Shown here in pieces: positions 26,548-36,359 of a stretch of DNA of 64,000 bases. The notes beneath the pieces were generated by a model that saw only the letters and a list, made by a program, of their open reading frames with translations, searched no databases and was not told the origin of the DNA. The stretch covers positions 124,001-188,000 of IMG/VR virus record IMGVR_UViG_3300047319_001872; one strand, 5' to 3'. The position numbers were made by a program, and so were the translations under genes. Within the stretch, counting starts at the first letter, position 1, and each line of letters begins with the position of its first letter.

Positions 26548-26922
26548 CTAGAGCTTCACCTCGGCATCATCCGTCGAGGTCGACGCACCGTACTGGCGCA
26601 AGAACTCACGAGCTTCGTTAAAGATGGAAGCGTTCCAGTTACCGTGCTCGATCTGCCAGAGCTTGCCGCTACCCGGTGCACCTTCCACACCCTCGAGCGT
26701 GCGATAAAGTCGCCAGTGGCCGTAGGCTTCACAGCTCTTGGGCACTTCCCGGTCCGCAGCCTTTAGCGCCGCGCTCGGAATGACCTTGAAGTCCCGCTCG
26801 TGCTGTGCGCCATTGAGCCAGGGACTACACATCTCGATCACACACCACGCTACTGAATGGGTCGATGTCTCGATCATCCCGAGTTCATCTTCGGGAATGT
26901 TTACTGCAATACGTGCGCCCAT
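26548..26922 (-). CDS. hypothetical protein
   Basis: GGAGG RBS before ATG 26922. Confidence 0.6.
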   Translation of the reverse strand: MGARIAVNIPEDELGMIETSTHSVAWCVIEMCSPWLNGAQHERDFKVIPSAALKAADREVPKSCEAYGHWRLYRTLEGVEGAPGSGKLWQIEHGNWNASIFNEAREFLRQYGASTSTDDAEVKL

Positions 26923-26923
26923 C

Positions 26924-27226
26924 TTAACCTCCTTGTTGACGAGCCAGATAGGCCTGCACCCGAGCAATCTCGTCGGGTGTAGGGTCCTGGGGTAATTCAT
27001 CATGGATCACGGGTTTCAGACGGATCTCTTTTACGAAACCGATCTTGGTGCCGCAATAAGAGCACCAACACTGGCCGTTGGTATTCTCTTCGAAGAGTTC
27101 ATCCATGACGATACCTTCGCCCAGATCCTCGAGACTGACATCGTGCTCACTCAAGCGAGTCTGGTAGCGAACGTAGTTCTTACACTTCGGACACCCAAAC
27201 GTCACATCCCAAACGACACCCATCAT
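26924..27226 (-). CDS. zinc-ribbon protein
   Basis: CPKC...CSYC. Confidence 0.6.
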   Translation of the reverse strand: MMGVVWDVTFGCPKCKNYVRYQTRLSEHDVSLEDLGEGIVMDELFEENTNGQCWCSYCGTKIGFVKEIRLKPVIHDELPQDPTPDEIARVQAYLARQQGG

Positions 27227-28416
27227 TCCTCCTTCTTGATTTCAGGATCGTCGAACTTCAGTTTTTCGGGGCTACCCTGAACCGTGATCTTCGTGCCGTT
27301 CAAGATCTGATCAGCAAAGGCCAGCACTTCCGGCGAAGGTTGCTCGTCAGCGGGCGGGAACTCGGCCGGAGAAACCGTCCACTCGTGCGTGATCTTGTCG
27401 CCGTTACCGATCACCACTTTGGTGAGCGTCAGGCCAGCAGGATCGAAACCCAGCTTTGCGACCGGCTTGCCCTGGATGGACGCCTCGACTTCCACGAAGC
27501 GCTTGCCCGGTGGGTCGATGATGTGTGCTTCGTCCAGAATCACGAAGTCCTTCTCGATCTGAGCACGTTGCTCCGGCATGAGATCGCCCGGAATGATCAC
27601 TTGTCCCGGATAGAGCTTACGCACGCCACCGTCACGGATGTGAGCTTTCCGTGCTTCCGGCGTGGGGAGCTGTTCCCAGAAACCCGTGAAGAAGTTCTCC
27701 ATGTCCTTGAAGTGCTCTTTCGGCGTAACGCCCAGATGCACGTCGCTGAGGCACTTGATCGGCCCACTCGGATACACCATCGAGAGTTCCTTGGCGCTTT
27801 CTCGCATGGAGTGCTCAAGCGCACTATCGGGCGTGCTCTGATTCATCACCGTGCCACCCATGAGGAACTCAGTCGGGCGCAGCCGCAACCACGGACGATG
27901 GCTGTTGCCCTGCGTCGGGATGTCACCCACCACCATGGGGCGGCCATTCCACGACCGACACACGCGCTTGCGCAGTCCTGTCGTCTTCCACTGTGCTGGA
28001 TGTTCAAACAGATGCGCGTAAGTGACCGAACGCACATGCTCGTAATAACGCATCGCAGCTTTCTTAGACACGAAGAGGAAGGTGCAGTCGACTTCCGGAC
28101 GCACATCGGTCGGAATCCCCACGATACTGCAATCCATCGTGAGTTCATACGAGTCGCCGGAGGGATAGAATTCCCGCACTACAAAGGACCAGTCCGGCTT
28201 CGGCTTCGAGACTGCGCTCGGACCATGGTCGGTCATCGTGCGAAACGGTCGCTGGGTTACCACCAATCGCTCAGGTTCATGCACCCAGCTGAGGTTCAGC
28301 TTGTCCTGGTTGCCTTCCTCACCAATAAGCGCTTTACCGTAACCAGCCCGCACAAGCCACAGCGTCTTACCCGCTTTGAGATCCTTCAGTGTTGCACGAC
28401 CTGCTTTTGTTGCCAT
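27223..28416 (-). CDS. hypothetical protein, MATKAGR family
   Basis: AAGGAG RBS before ATG 28416; N-terminal domain shared with 28442-29002 and 35823-36359. Confidence 0.7.
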   Translation of the reverse strand: MATKAGRATLKDLKAGKTLWLVRAGYGKALIGEEGNQDKLNLSWVHEPERLVVTQRPFRTMTDHGPSAVSKPKPDWSFVVREFYPSGDSYELTMDCSIVGIPTDVRPEVDCTFLFVSKKAAMRYYEHVRSVTYAHLFEHPAQWKTTGLRKRVCRSWNGRPMVVGDIPTQGNSHRPWLRLRPTEFLMGGTVMNQSTPDSALEHSMRESAKELSMVYPSGPIKCLSDVHLGVTPKEHFKDMENFFTGFWEQLPTPEARKAHIRDGGVRKLYPGQVIIPGDLMPEQRAQIEKDFVILDEAHIIDPPGKRFVEVEASIQGKPVAKLGFDPAGLTLTKVVIGNGDKITHEWTVSPAEFPPADEQPSPEVLAFADQILNGTKITVQGSPEKLKFDDPEIKKEE

Positions 28417-28441
28417 GGTAACTCTCCTTGTTTTTGAACAG

Positions 28442-29002
28442 TTAGGCCGACTGCGCTTCCGCAAGCGCGGCTTGGGCCGCCTGAGTGGCTTCGAACAGAT
28501 TGAACGGTGACGACGGATGCCGCTCGTACTTCGCTTCGTTCACCAGCCATTGTTCCGTCTTGACGAACTGGTTGTCCGCCAGATTGGCGGTGTCGATTCC
28601 CGAACGGCGAAGAAAGTGCGAACCGTACTTGAAGACCCGTCGATCTTCGCAGAGCGTCTCGACCCGATTGCTTTCGTAGCGCTTAATCCAGCGCAGCACG
28701 GCTGAGCGACTGACAAAGCACTTATCGAAGGACGGCTCCTCCTTGTGATTCAGCGGGAAATTCTCGATGTAAATCAAGCGGCCGCTCAGTTGGCCGCGTC
28801 GATAGTCGTAGAAAACCCAGAAGACTTCGGGCGCGGCGCTACCATCTGGCAACTCACGCTGGCGGATAAGCTTTCTGGCCGACGTCCCCACCAGTGTCGG
28901 TAACGGATAACGCTTACCCGTAGCGTGATCGATTGCCGCATACCACAGTGTCTTCCCCGCGCGAACATCACTGACTTCGGCACGGCCTGCTTTAGTTGCC
29001 AT
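28442..29002 (-). CDS. hypothetical protein, MATKAGR family
   Basis: MATKAGRAEVSDVRAGKTLW...CFVSRSAVLRW. Confidence 0.7.
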   Translation of the reverse strand: MATKAGRAEVSDVRAGKTLWYAAIDHATGKRYPLPTLVGTSARKLIRQRELPDGSAAPEVFWVFYDYRRGQLSGRLIYIENFPLNHKEEPSFDKCFVSRSAVLRWIKRYESNRVETLCEDRRVFKYGSHFLRRSGIDTANLADNQFVKTEQWLVNEAKYERHPSSPFNLFEATQAAQAALAEAQSA

Positions 29003-29189
29003 CTTCTTCTTTCCTTTCGTTTATCTTCTTTAGACGGGCTTCGAGTTCTTCTTTGGGCACGTACACCAGCAAGTGCTGCCAGGCACGGGAATCCACCGAT
29101 TTGGTTTCGGCAGGAAACGCTGCGAACACATCAGTGAGCTCCATCACCTTGTCGTTGATGTGTTCTCTCATGGGTTTGCGCTGACTCAT
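28992..29189 (-). CDS. small hypothetical protein
   Basis: ORF track, overlapping start/stop. Confidence 0.55.
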   Translation of the reverse strand: MSQRKPMREHINDKVMELTDVFAAFPAETKSVDSRAWQHLLVYVPKEELEARLKKINERKEEDGN

Positions 29190-29386
29190 GGCATCTCTCC
29201 GCAGCTGTCGATCACCATCATTACCGGTGCAGCTTTCACTGCAGCAATGTCGGCCGCTGTGAAGACGCGCGCGGGCGGTGCGTTGTGGAGCTGGCGCGTT
29301 TGAATCAGCTCCATGTTGGCGTTCAGGCGATCCATGTAACCTTCTGTATCGAGGGCGACTTCGCCTTTCTCATTGAACAGAACCAT
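29186..29386 (-). CDS. small hypothetical protein
   Basis: AGGAG RBS. Confidence 0.55.
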   Translation of the reverse strand: MVLFNEKGEVALDTEGYMDRLNANMELIQTRQLHNAPPARVFTAADIAAVKAAPVMMVIDSCGEMP

Positions 29387-29395
29387 GTCGTTCTC

Positions 29396-29749
29396 CTAAT
29401 GCATAGTGGGTTGGAATTGCAACAGCTCGACGATCTTCCCACATTCGGAAACCCGCATAAAGAGCTCGGCCTTCTTGTACTGCTCGGGCTTCAGAAGCGG
29501 GTCTTCGAAGATCATCGAAAACACATGCCCGTACTGTTTGTTAGTGTAGCCCGGCACTTGCAGCCAGGCGCGCTCCGTGAGCGAAATCGTCACCGCTTCG
29601 GCCAAATCGCAGGCATCGAAAAGAGCAAACTGTTTACGACACCACGCGTGGAATTGCCACAGCAGCGCCGCCTCTTCGACGTTGTTCTCGACGTACACGT
29701 GGGCCATCGCGTTCATGGCGATGCGCTGCAAGTGGTCTGTCTGCATCAC
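29396..29749 (-). CDS. hypothetical protein
   Basis: AAGGAGG RBS. Confidence 0.6.
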   Translation of the reverse strand: MMQTDHLQRIAMNAMAHVYVENNVEEAALLWQFHAWCRKQFALFDACDLAEAVTISLTERAWLQVPGYTNKQYGHVFSMIFEDPLLKPEQYKKAELFMRVSECGKIVELLQFQPTMH

Positions 29750-29755
29750 ACCTCC

Positions 29756-30013
29756 TTAGAGCGGCCACTTGAGTACATCGTAGCGGCCGGTGAAGACACC
29801 CCAGGCCAGTTTAAAACGCCGTTTCAAACCGTAGAGACCCCAGTCCTGCCAGCCCATCGGGCGCGCCGGAACCCAGTCGCCATTGTTGGCTTCGACCGAC
29901 ACGTCCCAACGCCTGAGTTGCTCCGGCGTATAGAGGTTCGGCGCGCCCTTGCCGTTGCCTTGCTCTTCCCGACGCCGTGCGGCCTTACCGCGCACCATTC
30001 CTACAGTCGACAT
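29756..30013 (-). CDS. small phage protein
   Basis: WVPARP...RFKLAWGVFTGR motif, recalled as common in phage proteins. Confidence 0.6.
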   Translation of the reverse strand: MSTVGMVRGKAARRREEQGNGKGAPNLYTPEQLRRWDVSVEANNGDWVPARPMGWQDWGLYGLKRRFKLAWGVFTGRYDVLKWPL

Positions 30014-30025
30014 TTATGCTACTCC

Positions 30026-30553
30026 TTAGCGAATATAAACAGTCATGAGTTGGGTGTATTCGACATCCAGCGTGTGGTAGTCTGGCGTGCCGGACTTGTT
30101 GCCTTTGACCCACGTGGTGATGAGCGAGCGCAGCCATTTGCCTGCGATCCGTATCTTCCAGTCGCGCGGATAATGCGTGTGGTCCAGCCGACCCAATTCA
30201 CGATTGAGCAGGGCCACGAAATTCTCGTGTTCGACGAGCGCGTCCAGATGGGCTTTGCCACCTGCCAAATCAGAGCCCTCGACCAGAAACAACGCGTCGC
30301 TATTCAGTTTGGAATAGGGCGTGTACTTGACCGCTTTGGGTACGCGAATGGTTTCCCATTCGAACGACACGCGCGTCTTACACCAGTAGCACACGACCTG
30401 TTCAGTCAATGCCATCAGCGCTGTCGTCATCGCAGCATTGGCGTTGTGCAAGGTCGCATGGCTGACAACCGTATCACCATTGTCCAGTTCGAGTCGGTCG
30501 GACTTACCGCACTTCTCATTCGGACATGTATAGTAAAGCAAACTCTTGGTCAT
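30026..30553 (-). CDS. zinc-binding hypothetical protein
   Basis: CPNEKC...CYWC; directly behind promoter motif at 30597. Confidence 0.6.
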   Translation of the reverse strand: MTKSLLYYTCPNEKCGKSDRLELDNGDTVVSHATLHNANAAMTTALMALTEQVVCYWCKTRVSFEWETIRVPKAVKYTPYSKLNSDALFLVEGSDLAGGKAHLDALVEHENFVALLNRELGRLDHTHYPRDWKIRIAGKWLRSLITTWVKGNKSGTPDYHTLDVEYTQLMTVYIR

Positions 30554-30689
30554 GATTCCTTTACGTCAGATTTAAGAGCTACACTACTCACCAGGGGTAA
30601 TATAGGTTTTAAATCGGATTCAGTATCAAAAAAAGAAAGGCTGTCACAAAGCGGAGCCCGAAGGCTCCGCTCATATGCCGTGGTTCAGC

Positions 30690-31073
30690 TTACAGCTTGA
30701 TGGCGACAGCGCCAGTCGGGCGCGGGCCGCGGTGCATCGGCGACTGCTTCGGGCGACCATCCGCGGCGGGCTTAACAGCCTTCTCGGTTTTGGTTTCCTT
30801 CGGCACTTCGACCTTCTTGGTGCGTGCCTTGCCGAGGGCCGCGAGTTGATCCGCCGACTGCGCGTTCAGAATGTCGTGGGCATCGATACCCATGGTCTGT
30901 TCGAGCTTGAGCGCCAAGGCCGGGCTGATTTCCATCTCGCCATCCAGCACGAGCTGGAAGTCTTCATCCGACAAACCGCAGTCGGACGCGATACGGTGCT
31001 TGTGGTTGCCCAGGGCCGGGGCCGTCATCTTTTCGAAACCTTTGCACAGCAGGTTGACAATGTTCTTAACCAT
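30690..31073 (-). CDS. HigA/XRE-like HTH protein
   Basis: IASDCGLSDEDFQLVLDGEMEISPALALKLEQTMGIDAHDILNAQ. Confidence 0.7.
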   Translation of the reverse strand: MVKNIVNLLCKGFEKMTAPALGNHKHRIASDCGLSDEDFQLVLDGEMEISPALALKLEQTMGIDAHDILNAQSADQLAALGKARTKKVEVPKETKTEKAVKPAADGRPKQSPMHRGPRPTGAVAIKL

Positions 31074-31140
31074 GGTTGTATTTCCTTTCCTCGTTTGTTT
31101 AACGGAGACTGCTTTTAGTGTGGGTACTGCAGAAAAACCT

Positions 31141-32022
31141 TTACTTATTTTTCTTCACTTCAGTGACTGCCTTTTCACCGGAGAGCTTGGTGTAGGGCAG
31201 CTTCTGGGTTTTGGGCTTCGCCTTGGCGACCTTCGTCGGCACGACCGGAATGGGCACGCCCTGCTTGCGCAAGATGTCGAGCTGCTTTTTCAGGCGCTTA
31301 TTCTGATCGAACAGCTTCTGATTCATATTGGCAATGTTGATGATGTCCTGCGTGTTCTTCGCATTGCGCACGAATTGCAGCGGGATCTCTTCCATGTCGG
31401 CATGGAACTTCTCCATCACGGCCCGAATCAGATCAGTGGGAATCGGTTCACACAACCCCACACGCCGAAAGCGCTTCAGGCCATCGTCTTCGCGCAACGC
31501 CCAACAGTCGATCCAGCCACCCGAAGTCGTATCGGTGATGAAGGTTTCCATCATCGCGCGAATCGGGTCCCGATGGTGCGTGATATTGCGAATCACGTCT
31601 TGCGAGCCACTGCCAAACGCCACGGTTTGATCCAGCTCGTAGCGCGTGTAGATAAAGCCGTGGTGGTCCAACCGAAAACTGTGGTTGGCTTGCTCGCCGA
31701 TGAAGAAGATCTCGAACGTATTGCCTGGCACCACCATGTTGGAGGTCGAGATCATGTCGTAGAAAGCGAGCGTGAGCTTGCTATCCTCGCGCTCCTTGAC
31801 ATTGCCCTGCAAATGCTCAGCAAAGGCCTCCATCGCGTCCTGGCTGCCCGTGCCCGAGTAGCCGTAGACGATGTCATCGAATTCGAACTCCGGTCTGTCC
31901 GAGAGGATTTTAAACGGCGGGTTCAGCAACACGATCTTTTCCAGACTGTTGATGCGATCACTACCTTTGTAGATAGTGGAATCAGCGAAGAGTCGGCCGT
32001 CGTGGTAAAGGATGGTGGTCAT
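31141..32022 (-). CDS. Ntn-hydrolase (HslV / proteasome-beta-like) protein with basic C-terminal tail
   Basis: MTTI...LFADS, KI, GYSG, AFGSG, TSGG. Confidence 0.65.
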   Translation of the reverse strand: MTTILYHDGRLFADSTIYKGSDRINSLEKIVLLNPPFKILSDRPEFEFDDIVYGYSGTGSQDAMEAFAEHLQGNVKEREDSKLTLAFYDMISTSNMVVPGNTFEIFFIGEQANHSFRLDHHGFIYTRYELDQTVAFGSGSQDVIRNITHHRDPIRAMMETFITDTTSGGWIDCWALREDDGLKRFRRVGLCEPIPTDLIRAVMEKFHADMEEIPLQFVRNAKNTQDIINIANMNQKLFDQNKRLKKQLDILRKQGVPIPVVPTKVAKAKPKTQKLPYTKLSGEKAVTEVKKNK

Positions 32023-32057
32023 GTTCTCAACCTGTAGTGTCAATCTCGTTATTATGC

Positions 32058-32387
32058 CTATTCGCTATCAATGAGCAGTATCGAACCAAACTCTGGCTCG
32101 AAGAAGTCCGTGAAGTAGCGCTTACCTGTTCTTTCAAACATCTCTTCTGCCAAGGGTAGAAAACCCTGCAGCAGTTCAAACGTGCCTTTGCTGTCGTGGA
32201 CCGTAATGGTCACCACAGTTCCGAGTTCTTTATTGTTGTACCTACCCTCTGACACCGACATCACGAACGGTCGCTCGTTGATTTTGCTAAAGAAACTCGC
32301 AAACTTATCGATCGATTCGGGATTGGCAATCAGGCCATAGAGCAGTTCGATTGTCTCCCTTACTGAACTCCGAACTAAATCAGACAT
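32058..32387 (-). CDS. hypothetical protein
   Basis: ORF track. Confidence 0.5.
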   Translation of the reverse strand: MSDLVRSSVRETIELLYGLIANPESIDKFASFFSKINERPFVMSVSEGRYNNKELGTVVTITVHDSKGTFELLQGFLPLAEEMFERTGKRYFTDFFEPEFGSILLIDSE

Positions 32388-32594
32388 TGTGAATCCCCGG
32401 CTATGCGCATATGGCTCACCAATCACCTGAGTGCTGGGGGTTGGATTCAGGCAGAGAGGTTTCCACGCCCCTCATCCCTACCAACGGGCCTTTTCCCACC
32501 GACTTGATAATCCGGCCAAACCTGAAAACCGGCACGATGGACCACTCCCCGTGAGTGCCGCGCCCAGCACTCAGGTGACTAGCACTAATACAGC

Positions 32595-33014
32595 TCAGAT
32601 ACCGTGTGGCGCCTTCAGCCGTTCTTCGACGGCTTGCACTTCTTCTTCTGACACCTGAGGCCAGCTAAAACACGCGGGTTGTTTACAGAGGTCAACAATC
32701 GCCTCTTGCAGAACACGCGTGTCAGGCTTGGGCACCAGGCTCACCATTGCCCCCATCGAAGCGAAGTCGTTCAGCCGCATCTTCTTGTGGACGAACTCTC
32801 CGGTGCGTGTCTTAAGATACCCCTGCTCGAGCAAAATTTGCTCGACGATGGCTTCTCGTTCCGGGGCGATAGTAGCTTCCAAGGAGAACGACGTGTCCTG
32901 CATGAATTTCACATGATCCCGGCCAACGGTAGTGATAATGCGTTTCACCGTCCTCACGGCAATGTGTTCCATCTGTTGCCGGTAGGTGAGGCGCTTGACC
33001 CCAATCCCACGCAT
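32595..33014 (-). CDS. hypothetical protein
   Basis: ORF track; likely ATG 33014. Confidence 0.55.
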   Translation of the reverse strand: MRGIGVKRLTYRQQMEHIAVRTVKRIITTVGRDHVKFMQDTSFSLEATIAPEREAIVEQILLEQGYLKTRTGEFVHKKMRLNDFASMGAMVSLVPKPDTRVLQEAIVDLCKQPACFSWPQVSEEEVQAVEERLKAPHGI

Positions 33015-33018
33015 GATT

Positions 33019-33516
33019 TTACGACGTCTGCGAATCGCGGAACTCCGGCTCACGCTCTCCCCCTTGATTAGCTTTGATACAATCGGCGATCGCTTCGTCA
33101 GCCACCTGAGCCAGCTCGTCCAGCGCGACACCACCGCCCGTGACCTCAAACAACACCGTCATCAGGTTAGCCCGTGCATAGTGCCAGCGAGCATCTTCAG
33201 TCATGAAGCCCAACAGTGCATCGTGCTCGTTGAGGTAAGACTGGATCGATTTACGAGCCTGCTCTTTGAGCTGCGTCATGATGCGTTGCTTCACCAGATC
33301 CCAGAGACAGCGGGAATTGGCGTGACCCTTACTGACCCGCATCGACTTCTGGAAGACTTTGTCGACATTCCACTTGTCGGCTTCTTCCATCAGCGCAAGC
33401 GCTTGGTCAATGTACGGGTTGAGTTGTCGCGGATCGCCGTTCTCACCGTACTTGAGCTGACGCTCGTAGTCCGTGAGCTCATCATCGGGCTTGGTCAATA
33501 GATCCTTCGGGTACAT
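33019..33516 (-). CDS. hypothetical protein
   Basis: GAGGAG RBS before ATG 33516. Confidence 0.6.
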   Translation of the reverse strand: MYPKDLLTKPDDELTDYERQLKYGENGDPRQLNPYIDQALALMEEADKWNVDKVFQKSMRVSKGHANSRCLWDLVKQRIMTQLKEQARKSIQSYLNEHDALLGFMTEDARWHYARANLMTVLFEVTGGGVALDELAQVADEAIADCIKANQGGEREPEFRDSQTS

Positions 33517-33763
33517 CTTTCCTCCTCGGCGGAAAAAGCAACATTTCGTAGGGCGTACTGCCATCCTTCGGGTACACCATGACGCGATCGCCCCGGTCGT
33601 GAGCTTCCAGAACGCTCGTGACGGCCTTCACACAGCGACGGATAACCTCACCCATGCTGTCGGCGCTCAGGCGCTCCTGGATGGCCTGAATTTCGGCTTT
33701 GACTTGCGGATGCATGTCCAGATTCAGGCGTACCTTCTCCACCGTGTGCGCTGGCCTGGGCAT
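33482..33763 (-). CDS. ribbon-helix-helix DNA-binding protein
   Basis: VRLNLDM (beta strand), helix, SMGEVIRRCV (second helix). Confidence 0.6.
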   Translation of the reverse strand: MPRPAHTVEKVRLNLDMHPQVKAEIQAIQERLSADSMGEVIRRCVKAVTSVLEAHDRGDRVMVYPKDGSTPYEMLLFPPRRKDVPEGSIDQAR

Positions 33764-34305
33764 TACGCCTCCTTCCTGTTCATGATGCGTTGCAGCTCCG
33801 AGGCGGCGATCGCTGCCGCTTCTTTAGGAGACGGTGCATTCATGCACATCAGCGCCTGCGTGATGGTCACTGCCATGTCAAACGTGGTGCTGCCGACAAA
33901 GTACGCCCGCGCCATGATTTCCGTGGCCCGATTACGCAACAGCACGCTGACCTTATCGTCGACGAGCTTGTGCTCGATGCACACGAAGCTCAGGGCGTCG
34001 TGCAGCACTTGACCGAGCGTCAGCTCTTCGCGCTCAAAAGCAGCATGGGCGGAGTTCTCGATCAGGCAGAAGAAATCCCCTTCTTCGTTCACGATCCCTC
34101 GGCTATTGACACCGATCGGACCCCCGTACGGAAACGCCATTACAAAGAAGTCCCCAATCGGCTTGTCGACCCGCGGCAAAACAAAGTTAATCTCGCGCTG
34201 CATGGTCAGCAGTTTACCAATCATGGGCAACGCCCGTGCCACGACCGGGCGCATACGCTTTTCGTTAAACGAGAGGATCGCCGGAACTGCCTTTTCTTCT
34301 GCCAT
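33763..34305 (-). CDS. hypothetical protein
   Basis: AAGGAG RBS. Confidence 0.65.
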   Translation of the reverse strand: MAEEKAVPAILSFNEKRMRPVVARALPMIGKLLTMQREINFVLPRVDKPIGDFFVMAFPYGGPIGVNSRGIVNEEGDFFCLIENSAHAAFEREELTLGQVLHDALSFVCIEHKLVDDKVSVLLRNRATEIMARAYFVGSTTFDMAVTITQALMCMNAPSPKEAAAIAASELQRIMNRKEA

Positions 34306-34332
34306 TTGTCCTACTCCTTTTAATTAGCCTAT

Positions 34333-34641
34333 TTACTCTTCTTCGTCGAGCACGCACCCCGTCACGTCAAAGAGCATGAACGGAGCCCAGTACTTGCCCT
34401 TGGACGTCGCGATGTAGCGCGCGAGCTCGGGCACGTTCGCTTCCTTATCATTGACCTGATAGAAGCAGAGCTTACGCGTTTCGAGCTCATCGCCCATATT
34501 CTCGGGTTCGAGGATCACCAACTGTACTGTACTCTCGCCCGTATGGTCGATAAAATCCAACACCTTCGTGCCTTTATCGAGCACGACTTCGAACGGCCTC
34601 AGCTTGCCGTTCATGAGGATGTCAAACGTTTTGAGCTTCAT
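34333..34641 (-). CDS. hypothetical protein
   Basis: ORF track. Confidence 0.55.
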   Translation of the reverse strand: MKLKTFDILMNGKLRPFEVVLDKGTKVLDFIDHTGESTVQLVILEPENMGDELETRKLCFYQVNDKEANVPELARYIATSKGKYWAPFMLFDVTGCVLDEEE

Positions 34642-35161
34642 CGGCGATCCCTAGATCTTTGGCCATTTGGGTGAGCAAGGCACGCATGTTCAGATCCTGC
34701 TCGGGCGTGGCGCGCAGTTGTTCGTACGTGACGAACTTCATGAAGTCCGCGTGATCGGGCGACGGCATCACGTACTCCTGACTGACAGGCTTACCGTCAT
34801 TCCACGGGTAGCGGACCGACGACCAGCTTTTGCCTTGCAGGTTCTCTTGCACTGCCACCTTCCACTCAGCACAGAGCTCACCGATCTTGACCGACAGTTC
34901 TGTGGGCACATAGGTGAAGATCGCCGCGCCGTATTCGACTTCCTTGAACGGGTTCGTTTCGTGCAGCGCATTCAGAGCGTCGCGAAAGGGCTTTTGCTCC
35001 ATCGCTTTTTCGCGACGCTGCTCCAGATAGTTCACATAGAAGTCGTGGTCAGTGTAGGGCGTGTTGTGCTTGCCGTAGCCGCCGTTTACCATCATGGACT
35101 GCAGCGCGAGCGGGAGTTTCTTCTGGGCGAGGCGGCGTTGTGCGGCGTTCGACTTACTCAT
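34622..35161 (-). CDS. hypothetical protein
   Basis: ORF track. Confidence 0.6.
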   Translation of the reverse strand: MSKSNAAQRRLAQKKLPLALQSMMVNGGYGKHNTPYTDHDFYVNYLEQRREKAMEQKPFRDALNALHETNPFKEVEYGAAIFTYVPTELSVKIGELCAEWKVAVQENLQGKSWSSVRYPWNDGKPVSQEYVMPSPDHADFMKFVTYEQLRATPEQDLNMRALLTQMAKDLGIADEAQNV

Positions 35162-35583
35162 GACTTGACTTCCTTGTTATCGTTAGTGATTTCGATGCCC
35201 ATGCTCTTGAGCGCGGTTTCGAAGCGTTCCTGGTCATACGGCGACCCTTCCTGCTCGAAGCGGAACACGGGTTTAAAGTTCGGGTCTTCAGCCATCTTGC
35301 GCAAGACCGTGTGGAACATGACGTCCGACTTGCGTTCACTCGGGCGCGGGGACGTCATAAAGAGCGTCAGCTCGCCCGGCTTGAAACCACCCTTCGGGAT
35401 CATTTCTTCGATGGTCTTGAATCGCGTCGGAATGATCGGCGGCAATTCGTGGTCTTTCAGCAGGGTGCGGATCTGCTCGCACAGGCGCTGGGTCGCCTTC
35501 GGATTGGGGTCCGGCTTGCGCGGGATCAGACTGAGGTAATCCACAATCTTAACGGGTTCAGCAGCTTCTTTACTCGGTTCCAT
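35158..35583 (-). CDS. hypothetical protein with DnaB-like GGFKPGEL segment
   Basis: IEEMIPKGGFKPGELTLFMTSPRPSERKS. Confidence 0.55.
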   Translation of the reverse strand: MEPSKEAAEPVKIVDYLSLIPRKPDPNPKATQRLCEQIRTLLKDHELPPIIPTRFKTIEEMIPKGGFKPGELTLFMTSPRPSERKSDVMFHTVLRKMAEDPNFKPVFRFEQEGSPYDQERFETALKSMGIEITNDNKEVKS

Positions 35584-35818
35584 ATTCTTTCCTCGGGAAA
35601 AATGTCAGTTGTTCAGCACGACCACCCAGCGGGCGGTTCCCTTTGGCCTCCGGATTCTTACGGACTTCCAGATAGCTGAAGTTGTGGTTGGTGCGGTAGC
35701 GACACTCTTCGCACTGAATCACGGTGTTATAGCCGCACACGTACACCACGCCTACGGGTGAGTCCCGATACTCACCCCGGCAGCACGGATGCTTCTCGCT
35801 GGACGTAGTGATCGCCAT
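35570..35818 (-). CDS. Cys-rich small protein
   Basis: CC...C...CEEC. Confidence 0.5.
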   Translation of the reverse strand: MAITTSSEKHPCCRGEYRDSPVGVVYVCGYNTVIQCEECRYRTNHNFSYLEVRKNPEAKGNRPLGGRAEQLTFFPRKEYGTE

Positions 35819-35822
35819 TCTT

Positions 35823-36359
35823 TTAACCTGCCTGACGACCGCTGTAGTCCGGTGTGCTGCCGCGCGTGGGTTCCCATTTCAGATCGTTGAATTCGATCGG
35901 GTCGGGCAGATCACCGCCGAGCTTCGCGTGCTTTTCCACCGCTTCGCGGGTAGGACTTCCCACCACGATGCCGTGCGTCTTCTCGTCGATGCGACCGGCT
36001 TCGAGATCCTCGAGATACTGCTGGCAGCGCCGACGGCTCGTGAAGCCATTGCGCAGACACAGCGACCCATCGGGCAGTTCCACCACCGCGAAGTTACGCG
36101 TCGGATGAAAGGTGAGGAGGGACGGAGTCTTACTGTGCGACATGGCGCTCGGCTTGCTGACGGAATACATTGGCAGGCTGTAGCCTTCGAGGATACCGTC
36201 CTCGTTAGCGACCAGCCCCATCAGACGGTAGCTAATGCCGAAGCTGACCAGGTGAGCCTTGGGAACCATCTTCTTTTGCTTCGGATCAAAGAACGGCTGG
36301 AAGATGGTTTTGCCCTGACGGACGTCTTCCAGTTTGATACGACCTGATTTGGTAGGCAT
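35823..36359 (-). CDS. hypothetical protein, MATKAGR family
   Basis: MPTKSGRIKLEDVRQGKTIF...GFTSRRRCQQY. Confidence 0.65.
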   Translation of the reverse strand: MPTKSGRIKLEDVRQGKTIFQPFFDPKQKKMVPKAHLVSFGISYRLMGLVANEDGILEGYSLPMYSVSKPSAMSHSKTPSLLTFHPTRNFAVVELPDGSLCLRNGFTSRRRCQQYLEDLEAGRIDEKTHGIVVGSPTREAVEKHAKLGGDLPDPIEFNDLKWEPTRGSTPDYSGRQAG

